Part shown: positions 52,351 to 63,451 of the stretch, in pieces
Layout: the number at the start of each line of letters is the position of its first letter
How positions within the stretch are numbered: the stretch's first letter is position 1
Source of the DNA: the human T2T-CHM13v2.0 reference genome, Homo sapiens
Strand: one strand, 5' to 3'
Assembly: GCF_009914755.1 (NCBI RefSeq)
Contig: NC_060927.1
Length of the DNA stretch: 64,000 nucleotides
Notes under the pieces: model-generated
The model's input: only the letters and a program-made list of their open reading frames with translations
The model's database searches: none
What the model was told of the DNA's origin: nothing
Made by a program: the position numbers and the translations under genes

Positions 52351-54067
52351 CTTCCATATATACATGTGTTGCCTGGACTTTGAAGACAAAAGACACATAA
52401 TATTTCTGGAGCTTACGTAGTAATACTAAAGAAAGATTAACTTAAATTGAATATATGAATAAACAGTCCATATTTGCATAATGTTCTTCTTCTGAGAAAC
52501 CCAATAAACTCCTAAAAGCTCAGTTTCTGGGAAACTCATTTCTTAAACATTTACTTGGGCATCCTGTTTTTTCTTGCAAATAGCCTGCCTACACAGATCC
52601 TTGTAATAACTCACTTAAGAATAATGCAGTGCTGTCAGGCAGTTAATTTCATCAGCTTCCCAAGGAAAGAGAAATCATGACCTAGTGATGCTGGTGGCTC
52701 CTGGAGGTCTGTCATGGCACTGTTCCCCCTGTATGTTCATGAGAACCCCCACGAATATCAATCATCTAGTGTCCCATTTTTGTCTTGACAACTGGTTATT
52801 TACTGTTATTAACAAGTCCCTGCTAAGGTGGTCACAAATAATTAATGTTTCAGTGAGTAAACTCAGTGTTAGGAGTGAGATTTAAAGGATAACCACCCCC
52901 CCTACAGTAGTCACTTTAAAAAGACAAAGATGAATTATCTTTTATTTTCACACAGCATGAGACTGGAGTGGCCACTAAGATTTAATGAGATCAGAAGTGA
53001 CATCAGATAGTAATGACAAACTACTATTAGAGAATGAAGAGAGTATCATTCAATCTGCCTAAGAGATGCGGTGATAGTATTCACAGGTCTCTGCCTGTTT
53101 CAGCTTTTTGTTTCACCCAGCCCCACCACTGGTAGGAAGGGTATCTTTAAATTCAATAACTCACAGAAGTTCTTCTATAAAAGCTGATGGACATTAGCAA
53201 GACATCATGGTGTTTTTGTTTGGTAGGTTCTCCATTCTGAGAAATACAGGAATTGATATAACATAGAAGCTGCCAGCTTGGAGCACAGGGCATTGCAACA
53301 GGATTAAGTTGAGATAGAGGAGTAGACAAGGGGAAAGAAATCAAAAGGAGAGGGGACTTCTAGTGCCTATGAGAAGTTTTGTGCAGCACCGAGAAACAAA
53401 TAATTAAGGTAAAGTATAAGAAAGATATGTGCCCTGCTCTGGATCCCTGGTCAGTCATAAAAAAGAGTAGTTTTGTTTTTCTTTTTTTTTTTTTCCTGAT
53501 GATGAATCAAGTCTATGATCCTCTGAAGGGCATAACAAGGGTACACATGCTATAGGGAAACTTCACTCCGAATTCAAGTTTGAGCTACTCCCAAAGTTCA
53601 ATTCTGGCTCTAGAATCAGGGATCGCATAGGCAGCTGGCTTCCCCTTCACTCTTAGGAAGACACTTCATCCTTCTGCAATCTTCCTTGGTCTAGATAAGA
53701 AATTATGTTTACTCCATTATCTAAGAGGCAAAGAGGCAAACCAAAGCTAGGTATTCCCACGAACACTCTGTAGCTCACCTTGGTTCCTGAACACTGACAA
53801 TATGACAGCTTTAGTGTTAAGCCAGTCACAATGCTATCATCTTCATCTTTTTTGTGGATCAGGAAAAGAGAAGCTTTCAAAGATTCCCTGTAAATCTCTG
53901 AGGGAAGATACTTGAAAGTCCAGATATAGTGCCATGTCATAGGGGACAACAATGGTCTGTGGGTCTACGTGTAGTAGATCTCTTCATTTAAAATAATATT
54001 TTAACTTCAAATTTATACCAGATCAAAGGAAACTCTATTACCTAAGAAACATTCACTGGCATGTCTT

Positions 54068-54170
54068 CTGTTCATTCAGTTGTTATCAAATATTTATTAA
54101 GCACATACTATGCAACAGGAATTGTTCTAGGTGTTGGAGATACATTGTTAAACAAAACTGGCCTTCTCTG
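54068..54170 (-). mobile_element. L2 3' end
   Basis: ttcattcag..tcaaatatttattaagcacatactatgcaacaggaattgttctaggtgttggagatac. Confidence 0.8.
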
Positions 54171-54510
54171 CAACTAAATGAAGTTTAAAAAAAAAAACCC
54201 ATAATCATGTTATGTCAATATCCTTTTCTGTCTGACTCATTCCAAACATGTTTTTGTAAGAAAACCATGTTCAATGCTAAAACATGTTATACAGCATAAA
54301 TGCAACAAAATAGTCCAAGTGACAATAGAGTGATTAAGCAGCCTTGGTAAAGTAAACTTACAGTAAAAGGCCACCGGGTGATCTAGTACTACCTTTCCAG
54401 AGCCAGATTCAGGCATTCCCATTTCCTAGATGAAGAAACAGATGAAATGTATTTGTATAAGATCATTCAGATACCACCTGTTGGACCAGAATTTAAAATG
54501 GTTTACTTTC

Positions 54511-54923
54511 TGTAAGGTTAGCTGAGAGAAATGATGAGAGAGACCCAAGGTCAGGCTAGTAAGTTTATTAACCTGCCAAGCTGCAACACCATAGTCAGAG
54601 GAGGCAGCCCTGAGCTTACAAAAATAAGGGGTTTATATGGGGGAGAGAGACCCTGGGGTTGTTTGTTGGTTAACTTTACCACACAACATCTCGTGACTGG
54701 CTTACAATATAGGAATTTACAAGACAGTGTAACTTAGGTTTATCCACGTTTCTGGTGATGTCCCCCATGCCACCTGGAGGGCTGTAAGCAAGTGTGGTAA
54801 CCTTGCTGTAGCACCTAGATAAGGGTCCAGGAATGCAGCTGCAGAGTATTCAGGGTAAGGGTTAGCTGCATTGGCAAGTGGGTTGGGGGGCGGGGCTGGT
54901 CCTGGGGCAGCTTGTCCCTAACA
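54511..54923 (-). mobile_element. ERVL-class solo LTR (LTR18/LTR32-like; family uncertain)
   Basis: TG..CA termini (tgtaagg / cctaaca) and perfect 5-bp TSD ctttc (54506-54510 / 54924-54928). Minus-strand AATAAA at ~54564 and TATAAA at ~54632. Confidence 0.85.
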
Positions 54924-55387
54924 CTTTCCACCTCAGACCATGCTCCTGCAACCCTTTACCCCTTTCTTCTGGTCATCCCCTAATTTCTTCACCTTTGTCC
55001 ATAACTGTCTGAGCAAGTATTAGTGTACTTATACAAAACTGCTGTGATTTTTGAATAACAACTTAAACTTAAAGATCATTAGAATAGAAGAGGTTAGTTG
55101 CAGTTAAATATCACCTGAATCAAGTTTAGCTCCTCAGGTTGTTCCAACTTTAAAATATAAATTAAACATAGCAGTTTTAGTCCATGCTAAAAAAAAAATA
55201 CCTTTCTGGATATATTCCACAGCCAGTCCAAGCAGCTACTGCCTCAGAGATCTAAGTCTTTGTTAATTTGTTTCCAAAGCTTCTACCTAAACCCAGACCC
55301 TTGGCCCTTGAGTTTTTCTTAAGACCTGAGACAGGATTCTCTGCTTTCTGTGGCACCTAATCACCCATCCCAGAAGTCAGTAGCTGC

Positions 55388-55771
55388 TGTTAAATCAAGT
55401 TTAGCCTAAAGCTGCCTCCTTACGTATTTTAATTTCAGCCTAAAAGTTCCTCTGTACATCATGAACTATAACCTAAATGGAGTTGTATGCAGAGTGTAGC
55501 CTACTCTTGTGCCAATTACCAAGTTTAGGCCAATGTGGCCAACTGTTGAAACCGTGTTCAAATAAGACGAATGCCAAGCTGTAACCAATCTGCCTGTTTA
55601 TGTACCTGTCTTCCATTTTCTGTATGTCACTTTCCTTTTTCTGTCCATAAATCTTCTTCCACCACATAGCTGGGTTGGAGTGTCTGGCTCTGGAGGCTGC
55701 CTGATCTGCGAATTGTTCCTGCTCAATTAAGCTCTGTTAAATTTAATTTGGCTAAAGTTTTTATTGTAGCA
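55388..55771 (+). mobile_element. MER57 (B1-like) ERV1 solo LTR
   Basis: tgttaaatcaagtttagcctaaagctgcctcc start, several CCAAT boxes, and perfect 4-bp TSD ctgc (55384-55387 / 55772-55775). Confidence 0.9.
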
Positions 55772-55870
55772 CTGCCATCAAGTTCATATTCACCTCTGGA
55801 TTGCATCTCCTTTCAAATTTGAGGGTGTCTTCTGCCAAAACCCGTTCATTCTTGTTTTTAATTTATAGGT

Positions 55871-56060
55871 CAATGGTTCTCATACTCCAACATGCATCAG
55901 AAGCACCATGAGGTCTTTGATAAAACACAGATTGCTGGACTTCACCCACAAGAGTTTCTGATTTAGTAGGTCTAGGGTGGGGCCTAGGAATTTGCATTTC
56001 TAACAAGTTCCCAAGTACTGCTGATGCTGCAGGTCCAGGGACTGCGTTTTGAAAACCACT
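55871..56060. mobile_element. MER5A
   Basis: caatggttctca..gtttctgatttagtaggtctagggtggggcctaggaatttgcatttctaacaagttccca..ttgaaaaccactg. Confidence 0.9.
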
Positions 56061-56227
56061 GCTGGAGTTCAGTGATTCTCATTCCTGGCTATACATTAGA
56101 GTCCTCTGAAGAGATTTTCAAAATAGAGATGCTCAATTTCTTCAGAGATTCTGAAGCTCAAAGTTCAAAGGCCAAAATGGGATGAGGCCCAAGAAACATA
56201 CTTAAAAAAAAAAAATTCCCAGATGTT

Positions 56228-57695
56228 TCCACATCTATGAGAATAGCTAAAATTTAAAAATTCAGAAAATACCAAATGCTGGCCAGACTGTAGAGAAACT
56301 GTCTCTCACACTTTGCTAATGGTATTGTAGAAAGGTACAGCCATTCTGGAAAGTGGTTTGATAGTTTCTTAGAAAACTAAACATACAATTCCCATATGAC
56401 CTAGAAAGTATACTCCTGGGCATTTATTGCAAGTAAGTGAACACTTATGTTCACACAAAAACCTGTACATAATAGTTAATAACTGTTTTATTTGTAATAG
56501 CCAAAAACTGGAAACTACCAAAATGTCTCTCAATAACTGAATAAACTGTGGTACATCTATACCAAGGAATACTACTCAGAAATTTTAAGAATGAACTATT
56601 GATACATGCAACAACTTGAATGGATTTCAAGTATATTACGAAGAGTTAAAACAAAAAAGCCAATCTCAGAAGGTCACATATTATATGATTCTGTTTATAT
56701 ATTATAACAGTTTTGAAGTGATGAAATTATAAAAATGGAAAAGAGATTAGTATTGTCAGGGGTTAGGGATGGTGGGGAGTGGGAAGAGTGACTATAAAAG
56801 GGTCACAAGGGAAATCACTGTGGTGATGGAATAGTTCTGCATCTTGATTTTGGTGGTAGTTATGTCAGAGGAGTTTGAACCAGAGTGACTCTGTCTTGAA
56901 TAGGGGCTGGGTCAAATAAGGCTGAGACTTACTGGGATGCATTCCCAGGGGGCTAGGCATTCTAAGTCACAGGATGAGATAGGAGATTGGCACAAGGTAT
57001 AAGTCACCAATACCTTGTTGATAAAACAAGTTGTGATAAAGAAGCCAGCCAAAACCCACCAAAACCAAGATGGTGATGAAAGTGACCTCTGGTCATCTTT
57101 ACTGCTCGTTATATGCTAATTATAATGCATTAGTGTGCTAAAAGACAATTCCACCAGCAGCATGACAGTTTACAGATGCCATGGCAATGTTCAGAAGTTA
57201 CCCTACATGGTCTAAAAAGGGATATTACCCACCCCTGTCCCAGAAAATGTATGAATAATCCACCCCTTATTTAGCATATAATCAAGAGATAACTATAATT
57301 AGTCACGCAGTCCATTTCTCTGCTCTGCCTATAAAGTAGCCATTCTTTATTCCTTTACTTTCTTAATAAACTTGCTTTCACTTTATTCTAAGGACTTGCC
57401 CCAAATTCTTTCTTGTGTAAGGTCCGAGGACCCTCTCTTGGGGTCTGGATCAGGACCCCTTTCCAGTAACAGTTACAGGAATCAGCATATATATGAAAAA
57501 TGACATAGAACTATATACATACTTTGTACCAGTGTAAAATTCCTGGTTTGGATATCATACTATAATTATGTAAGATAGAACCATTGGAAGAAACCAGGTG
57601 AAGGGTACACGTGTCTTCTCTGTACCTCTGTGTAATCTGTATAACTTCCAGTGAATCTATAATTATTTCAAAATAAAAAGCTAAGGAAAAAAAAT
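56228..57695 (+). mobile_element. L1MC-type 3' fragment, interrupted by MER41
   Basis: agaatagctaaaat..cccatatgacctag..cttatgttcacacaaaaacctgtacat..gccaatctcagaaggtcacata..gtgaatctataattatttcaaaataaaaa. Confidence 0.85.
56863..57471 (+). mobile_element. MER41B ERV1 solo LTR
   Basis: tgtcagaggagtttgaaccagagtgactc start, ggggtctggatcaggacccctttccagtaaca end, and perfect 4-bp TSD gtta (56859-56862 / 57472-57475). Confidence 0.92.
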
Positions 57696-57854
57696 ACGTC
57701 TCTTGTCAGTGGCAGCCAGGGTTTGGAAATATTGTTTCAAGCCTCCTTCTTTCTTGAGGTCCCTACACAGCTCTGCCCACACCTGACTCAATCTGTGTTA
57801 GATTGTTTCCTCTTTTACAATTACCCAAATTGGCTGATCTTCTACATGCTACTA

Positions 57855-58322
57855 CAGGGAATTAATTGGTATCATCTGTCAGAAGAGGCAACTAGGCTGT
57901 GTCTATCAAGGCCCTTAAAAATATTCACATCCTTTCACCCAGTGATTCCAGTCCTAGCAATCTATCCTAAGGAAAACACCAGAGATGTAGTCAAAGATTA
58001 TCTGCAGTACTAATCACAGCAGCAAAAATACTGAATGTAAACTAAATAGTTAAATAAATGTAGATAAACTTATATGCTAAAATGAGGCAAGCTTTTAAAA
58101 CAAAGTTGAGAAATTTTTGCTAAGTCTCATAAAGTATGATATCAAAAATTATATAGATTTTGTTCCCGATTACATTAATTTGTATTTGTGAAGGAAACAC
58201 ACCAAATAGTAAATGGAGGTACTTTTTGAGGACTTAGATAAGTAATTTTGAATTTTCTTTTTACAACTTTTTCTGAATTTTTTTATTTTGTTTGATGAAC
58301 TGAGCTTTTATAATATAAATAA
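57855..58322 (+). mobile_element. Old L1ME-type 3' fragment
   Basis: aattggtatcatc..atattcacatcctttcacccagtgattccagtcctagcaatctatcctaaggaaa. Confidence 0.65.
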
Positions 58323-58615
58323 TGCTGCCCAAGGCAGATACGAATTAGCAGTCACATCTACAGGCTTTCAGAATGTTTACAAAAGAAAACGTTGTCCTTA
58401 ACCATATACAGAAACATAATCTACTTCTGTCCAAACTTTATACCAGGCTCTTTTTGGAAATCTCTCAAATCTCCCAGCTGACATTATCTCCCAGTCAGAC
58501 CATTATTCCCGAAAGTGTGATCAAGGCCCTTTCTTCTGGCTATCCTATCACTCCTCTCTCAGCCTATGCCCCCACCATTCAGCCATCTGCTACCTGGACA
58601 GGATTGCCTCCCTCC

Positions 58616-59005
58616 ATTTTCTCAGATGTGAATGTATTAGAGCAGTTTAAAACAGGCAAAGGGAGGAATATTTTCTGGTATTATGTAATTAAAAATTCCA
58701 TTTAGTTAACAATCTTTCTGGAAAAATATTTCTATAACATTTGGCTGCCAATAAAAATTTATTTAAATTAATATTTTCAATGTTTGTGATTTCAAAATAC
58801 ATTTTTAAGTGCCATGCTATTTTGTTATCAACTTTTCTTTTTCTACAAGTTTCTTTCTGGCAGTTTGAACTATTCTAATAAAGTGCTTTAATTACAAAGA
58901 GTATTTTTGTTTTACTTTTCCTGGATTCAAGCTCTATTTTAAAAAAGGAGTACAAAATAAAGTTATGTTTATCTCCTTAATTTGATTATGTTCTACCTGT
59001 CAAAA
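58616..59005 (+). repeat. Donor copy of a ~390-bp local direct duplication
   Basis: Aligns to 60956-61341 at about 94% identity by eye (offset 2340 bp). Confidence 0.97.
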
Positions 59006-59160
59006 TATTTATATTAATCTCATTATAATATGAATGCATTTTATGGTGCTTGAGTTTACAGAGTTCCCTAGAGCTCTTTTAAATGTCTTCCTTTGTATAT
59101 TTTCTAGATTATAGATCACCACAGTGTTGTCCTCCACACTGCCTCATTCATCTCAATAAT

Positions 59161-59266
59161 CTAAAAATCTTCCAGTAATTACAGTTCAGAGATATGCTTT
59201 CAGTTGAAGTTCTAAAAATCTTCCAGTTATTCCAGTTCAGAGATACGCTTTCAGTTGAAGTTCTAA
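59161..59266. repeat. 51-bp tandem duplication
   Basis: Units 59161-59211 and 59212-59262 (ctaaaaatcttccagt..cagttgaagtt) differ at 3 positions. Confidence 0.97.
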
Positions 59267-60281
59267 GCATCACAATAGTCTCACTCTTTTATTTTAACCC
59301 TTTGAAAAATAGATATATCCAAAAAGTGTCACAGGGAAACCACCAGAGTCCCAAATTCTAGTTCAACCCTCTTACTCCTTCTGTCAGCTTGGGGGATAGC
59401 TTGCACTCGGTGTTCCCATGTATAAACTGAAAATACTGGACCAGATAAACCTCCAAAAGTTGTTGATGGGTTGTATTCTGTTTGTTGAATTTAAGATACT
59501 TCTTAACCATGTATAGTAACACTCCCATCATTGCAATCCATTTCTTAGCAGTACTGACATTGAATAGGCTTGTTTTAGAAAGTGAGATCAGATCAGAGAG
59601 ACCTGGGCTTCAGATGCCAAAGCCTAATTCCTACCTATCTACTCTAAAGGTCACAGAAATTTTTGTAAAATAATAGGTTTCAACCTTAAATTCAAATTTC
59701 CTCAAGTCAGCTCCATAGTTTCAACCTTGGACAGAATTTTACTAGTGTAAGGAGTCAGGGAACCAAACATTTGAGGTAGTTTGAGGCTAGTGGACAGTCA
59801 TTTGACAAGACTATGATTAAGCTTCAGTGAATCTTGCAACACTCCAGATGAACAAACTTAAGGAGACTGTCATTACAAGCACTACGGTGAATGGCCTAAG
59901 GCCTTTCTTTCTTTGGTGATGATTGAAAACTAACTGCAAGACTCTCAAAGGAGCGAGAGCCAAGAGACTGCAACTGACAGATGGTTAATTTAGACTGCAA
60001 TCCAGAGCATATTTTTCATTTAAATCTGAAAAACTTAAATATTCTTTAAAAGTGAGTTAAAATTGAACATTTTCATGTGAAGAAAACAAATCAGATTAAT
60101 AATAATCGCCAAATTAAATTATGGAGCTTGTTATTTATGCAGAGCAACAATTTGTTGACTACATCTTTCTATTAATATAACGAATGAATTATTAATTAAT
60201 AATTTTTAGCAAGCATTTATTGAGTATCTAGATTGTATATTGCTCTGTGTTAGAATGAATATAATCAAGAAAGCATTATCT

Positions 60282-62013
60282 TTGGGCTTGTGCCCAGAAG
60301 AGAGATTGTTGGGTCATGTGGTAGTTCTATTTTTAATTTCTTTAGGAACCTCAAAACTGTTTTCCACAATAACTGCACTAGTCTACATTCTTACCAAAAG
60401 TGTACAAAGATTCCTTTTCTCCACATCCTCGCCAAGACTTAGCATCTCTTGTCTTTTTGATAATAGCCATTCTAACAAGTGTGAGGAGATATCTCATTGT
60501 GGTTTTAATTTGCATTTCCTTGATGATGATGATGATAAGTACCTTTTCATATACCTATTAGCCATTTTCATGTCTTCTTTGGAGAAATGTGTATTCATGT
60601 CCTTTGTCCATTTGTTAATCAGGTTATTTGTTTTTCTGCTATTGAGTTTTGTGAGTTCTTTATATATTTTAACAGGTATATGGTTTGCAAATATTTTCTT
60701 CCAATTCATAGCCTGCCTTTTCATTTCATTGATTGTTTGCTATGCAGAAGCTTTTTTGTTTAGTATAGTCCCATTTATTTATTTTTGCTTTTGTATTCTG
60801 AGCTTTTGGTGTGATATCCAAAAACTTATTGCGGAGAAACTTGGCAATGTCAAGGAGCTTTTCCCCTATATTTTCTTCTAGGTATTTTATGATTTCAGAT
60901 CTTACATTTAGGTCTTTTATCCATTTTGACTCGATTTTTGTGTATTTTTGACTCAATTTTCTCAGATGTGAATGTTTTAGAGCAGTTTAAAACAGGCAAA
61001 GGGAGGAATAATTCCTGGTATTATATAATTAAAAATTCCATTTAGTTAACAATCTTTCTGGAAAAATATTCCTATAGCATTTGGCTGCCAATAAAAATTT
61101 CTTTAAATTAATATTTTCAATGTTTGTGATTTCAAAATACATTTTAAAGTGTCATGGTATTTTGTTATCAACTTTCTTTTTCTATTTTTTTTCTGGCAGT
61201 TTGAACTATTCTAATAAAGTCCTTTAATTACAAATAGTATTTTTGCTTTACTTTTCCTGGATTCAAGCTTTATTTTTAAAAAGAAGTACAAAATAAAGTT
61301 ACCTTCATCTCCTTAATTTGATTATATTCTACCTGTCAAAAATGGTATTTTATCCATTTTGACTTGATTTTTGTGTGTGGTATAAGATAGGGGTCCAATT
61401 TTATTCTATTGCGTATAGAAATTCAGTTTTCCCAGCACCGTTTATTGGACAGACTATTCCTTCCTCAGCTGTCCTCTTGGTATCCCAGTCAAAAATTAAT
61501 CGACCGTATATATGCTTGGGTTTATCTCTGAGCTCTCCGTTCTGTTCCACCAGTGGAACAGAATAGAAAGCTCAGGTGTGTTTTTATTACTATAGCTTTG
61601 TAATATAATTTCAAATCAAGAAGTGTGATGCCTCTAACTTTGTCCTTCTCAGAATTGCTTCGGCTATTTGGGGGTCTTTTATGGTTTCATATGAATTTTA
61701 GAATTTTTCTTCTATTTCCATGAAGAATGCCATTGAAATTTTGATAGGAATTGCACTGAATCTATATATCACTCTATACAGTATGAACATTTTAACAACA
61801 TTAATTCTCCCAATATATAAACATGGAATATCTTTTTATTTATTTGGGTCTTCTTCAATTTATCTAATCAATGTTTTATAGGTTTCAGTGTGTAAGTCTT
61901 TCACCTTCTTGGTTAAGTTTACTCCTAAGTATTTTTATTTTTTGATGCTGTCATAAATGGGACTGTTTTCTTGATTTTTTTTTTCAGATAGGTCATTATT
62001 TCTATACAGAAAT
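60282..62013 (-). mobile_element. Inverted 5' segment of a twin-primed L1MA (L1MA5-like), ORF2 3' half
   Basis: Minus-strand ORF2 peptides [21 protein letters not shown] and YTKIESKWIKDLNVR. Outer edge maps to the L1 position where the + segment starts. Confidence 0.9.
60956..61341 (+). repeat. Inserted copy of 58616-59005 inside the L1MA
   Basis: Non-L1 sequence interrupts ORF2 and is flanked by a duplicated 33-bp L1 segment (60911-60943 / 61344-61376). Confidence 0.97.
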
Positions 62014-62022
62014 TTATGGAAA

Positions 62023-62665
62023 TAGCAATCCCTTTTCTGGGTACATACCCAAAGGAAATGAAATCACCACTTCATAATGATAGCAGTACTCTCATGTTAT
62101 TTCAGCATTATTCACAATATACAAGACATGGAAACAACTGAAGTGTCCAGTAATAGACAAGTGGGTAAGGAAACTGTGGTATAGATATATGATGGTATAT
62201 TATTTAGCCTTAAAATAAAAGTAGATCCTTCCATTTGCCACAACATGGATGTAACTGGATGGCATTAGGCTAAATGAATAAGCCAGACACAGAAAGAATA
62301 ATACTGCATGATCTCACAATATATGTGGAATCCAAAAAAAAAAGTCAAATACAGAAATAGAAAATAAAACAGTAGTTACCAAAGGTAGGACAAGGAAAGG
62401 AAATGGGGAGATGTAGGTCAAAGGATACAAAGTAGCAGATAGATAGGATGAGCAAAACTGCATGAGAAATATATTTTAAAATATTGCATTTGGGATTTTT
62501 GCTTAAAAAAGTGGATATTTGATGTTCTTGCCACAAAATAAGTAACTGAGACAATGAATATGTTAATTTGCTTGACTATAGTAACAATTTCACTCTCTAC
62601 CTGTATATTAAACATCATGTTGTACACCTTAAATATATACAATAAAATTGTTTAAAAGCTGAAGG
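62023..62665 (+). mobile_element. Non-inverted 3' segment of the same L1MA
   Basis: agcaatcccttttctgggtacatacccaaagg through 3'UTR gatgtaggtcaaaggatacaaagtagcaga..catcatgttgtacaccttaaatatatacaataaa. TSD-like aagaaagcattatct (60267-60281) / aaaaacacattatct (62666-62680). Confidence 0.9.
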
Positions 62666-62764
62666 AAAAACACATTATCTATTCAATCAGTTATTTCTAC
62701 AAATATTACTATAATCTCTATAATATTTAAAATCCTGTGGTGATAAAACATGAATCTCAAGTAA

Positions 62765-63005
62765 ATAACAATAATAACAACAATAGCTTATAATTATAAA
62801 GTATCCTACCACAATTAAAGCATCATAAACTTATATAAATTAGCTCATTAATCTTTCCAGCAACCCCATGAGATTGGTAATATTATCATCCCCATATTAC
62901 AGATGAGAAAATTGAGGCATAAGCTGTTAAGAGCCATGCCCAGGGTCTGGATCCCAGATCTATTATTTGGCATAAACTCTGAGTCCCAGCATTTTAACTA
63001 TTACA
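62765..63005 (-). mobile_element. MIR
   Basis: ctcattaatctttccagcaaccccatgagattggtaatattatcatccccatattacagatgagaaaattgaggca. Confidence 0.9.
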
Positions 63006-63451
63006 ATCCAATCCAATAGTTGAATTATTGAAACATAAGTTTGCCATTTTTTATCAAAATGGTTGAATATCATCAATTAGATATAATTCAACGATATAGG
63101 TTTGCATGCATGACATAACAGATTAATTCTCCTAACAGGGCTATAAGAATTTAGAGTTAGTAGAAACAATTCAAACAGTTTGGTATTACCAAAGGACACT
63201 TAGTGTAGAAGGTGGAAACTGATCTCAGTTTTAAAGGATAGGATGTGAATAAAAGGAAAACCAGGAAGTGTTTTCTAGGTGAGAGGATGACTTATACCAA
63301 GCCAGGGAGGTAAGAATGCATGTGTGTCTTCTATAAGTATTGACATTAGTTTTATTACTGCTATGGAGTCTTGATACCTATTTCCTGCCTGATTTTCTGA
63401 TTCCAGATACCCCCCAGCACCACCACCAACTAATTTGCCCTAAAGAGGGGC

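Larger units (their letters stand above)
56070..57735. mobile_element. MER5B-like element split by the L1MC insertion (pieces ~56070-56225 and ~57700-57735)
   Basis: cagtgattctcattcctggctatacattagagtc..ttcccagatg on the left and gcagccagggtttggaaa on the right. Confidence 0.55.

Noticed and set aside
55118-55130. 13-mer aatcaagtttagc identical to the start of MER57 about 270 bp downstream
   Set aside because: The match does not extend on either side; treated as coincidence.
59161-59266. Possible CRISPR-like direct repeats
   Set aside because: Only two abutting units with no spacers, in eukaryotic DNA with no cas genes.
60240-60881. Longest ORF in the track (213 aa, + strand), hydrophobic and membrane-protein-like
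   Set aside because: It is the antisense frame of L1 ORF2, which is T-rich and yields F/L/I-rich text, and it starts at a non-ATG codon.
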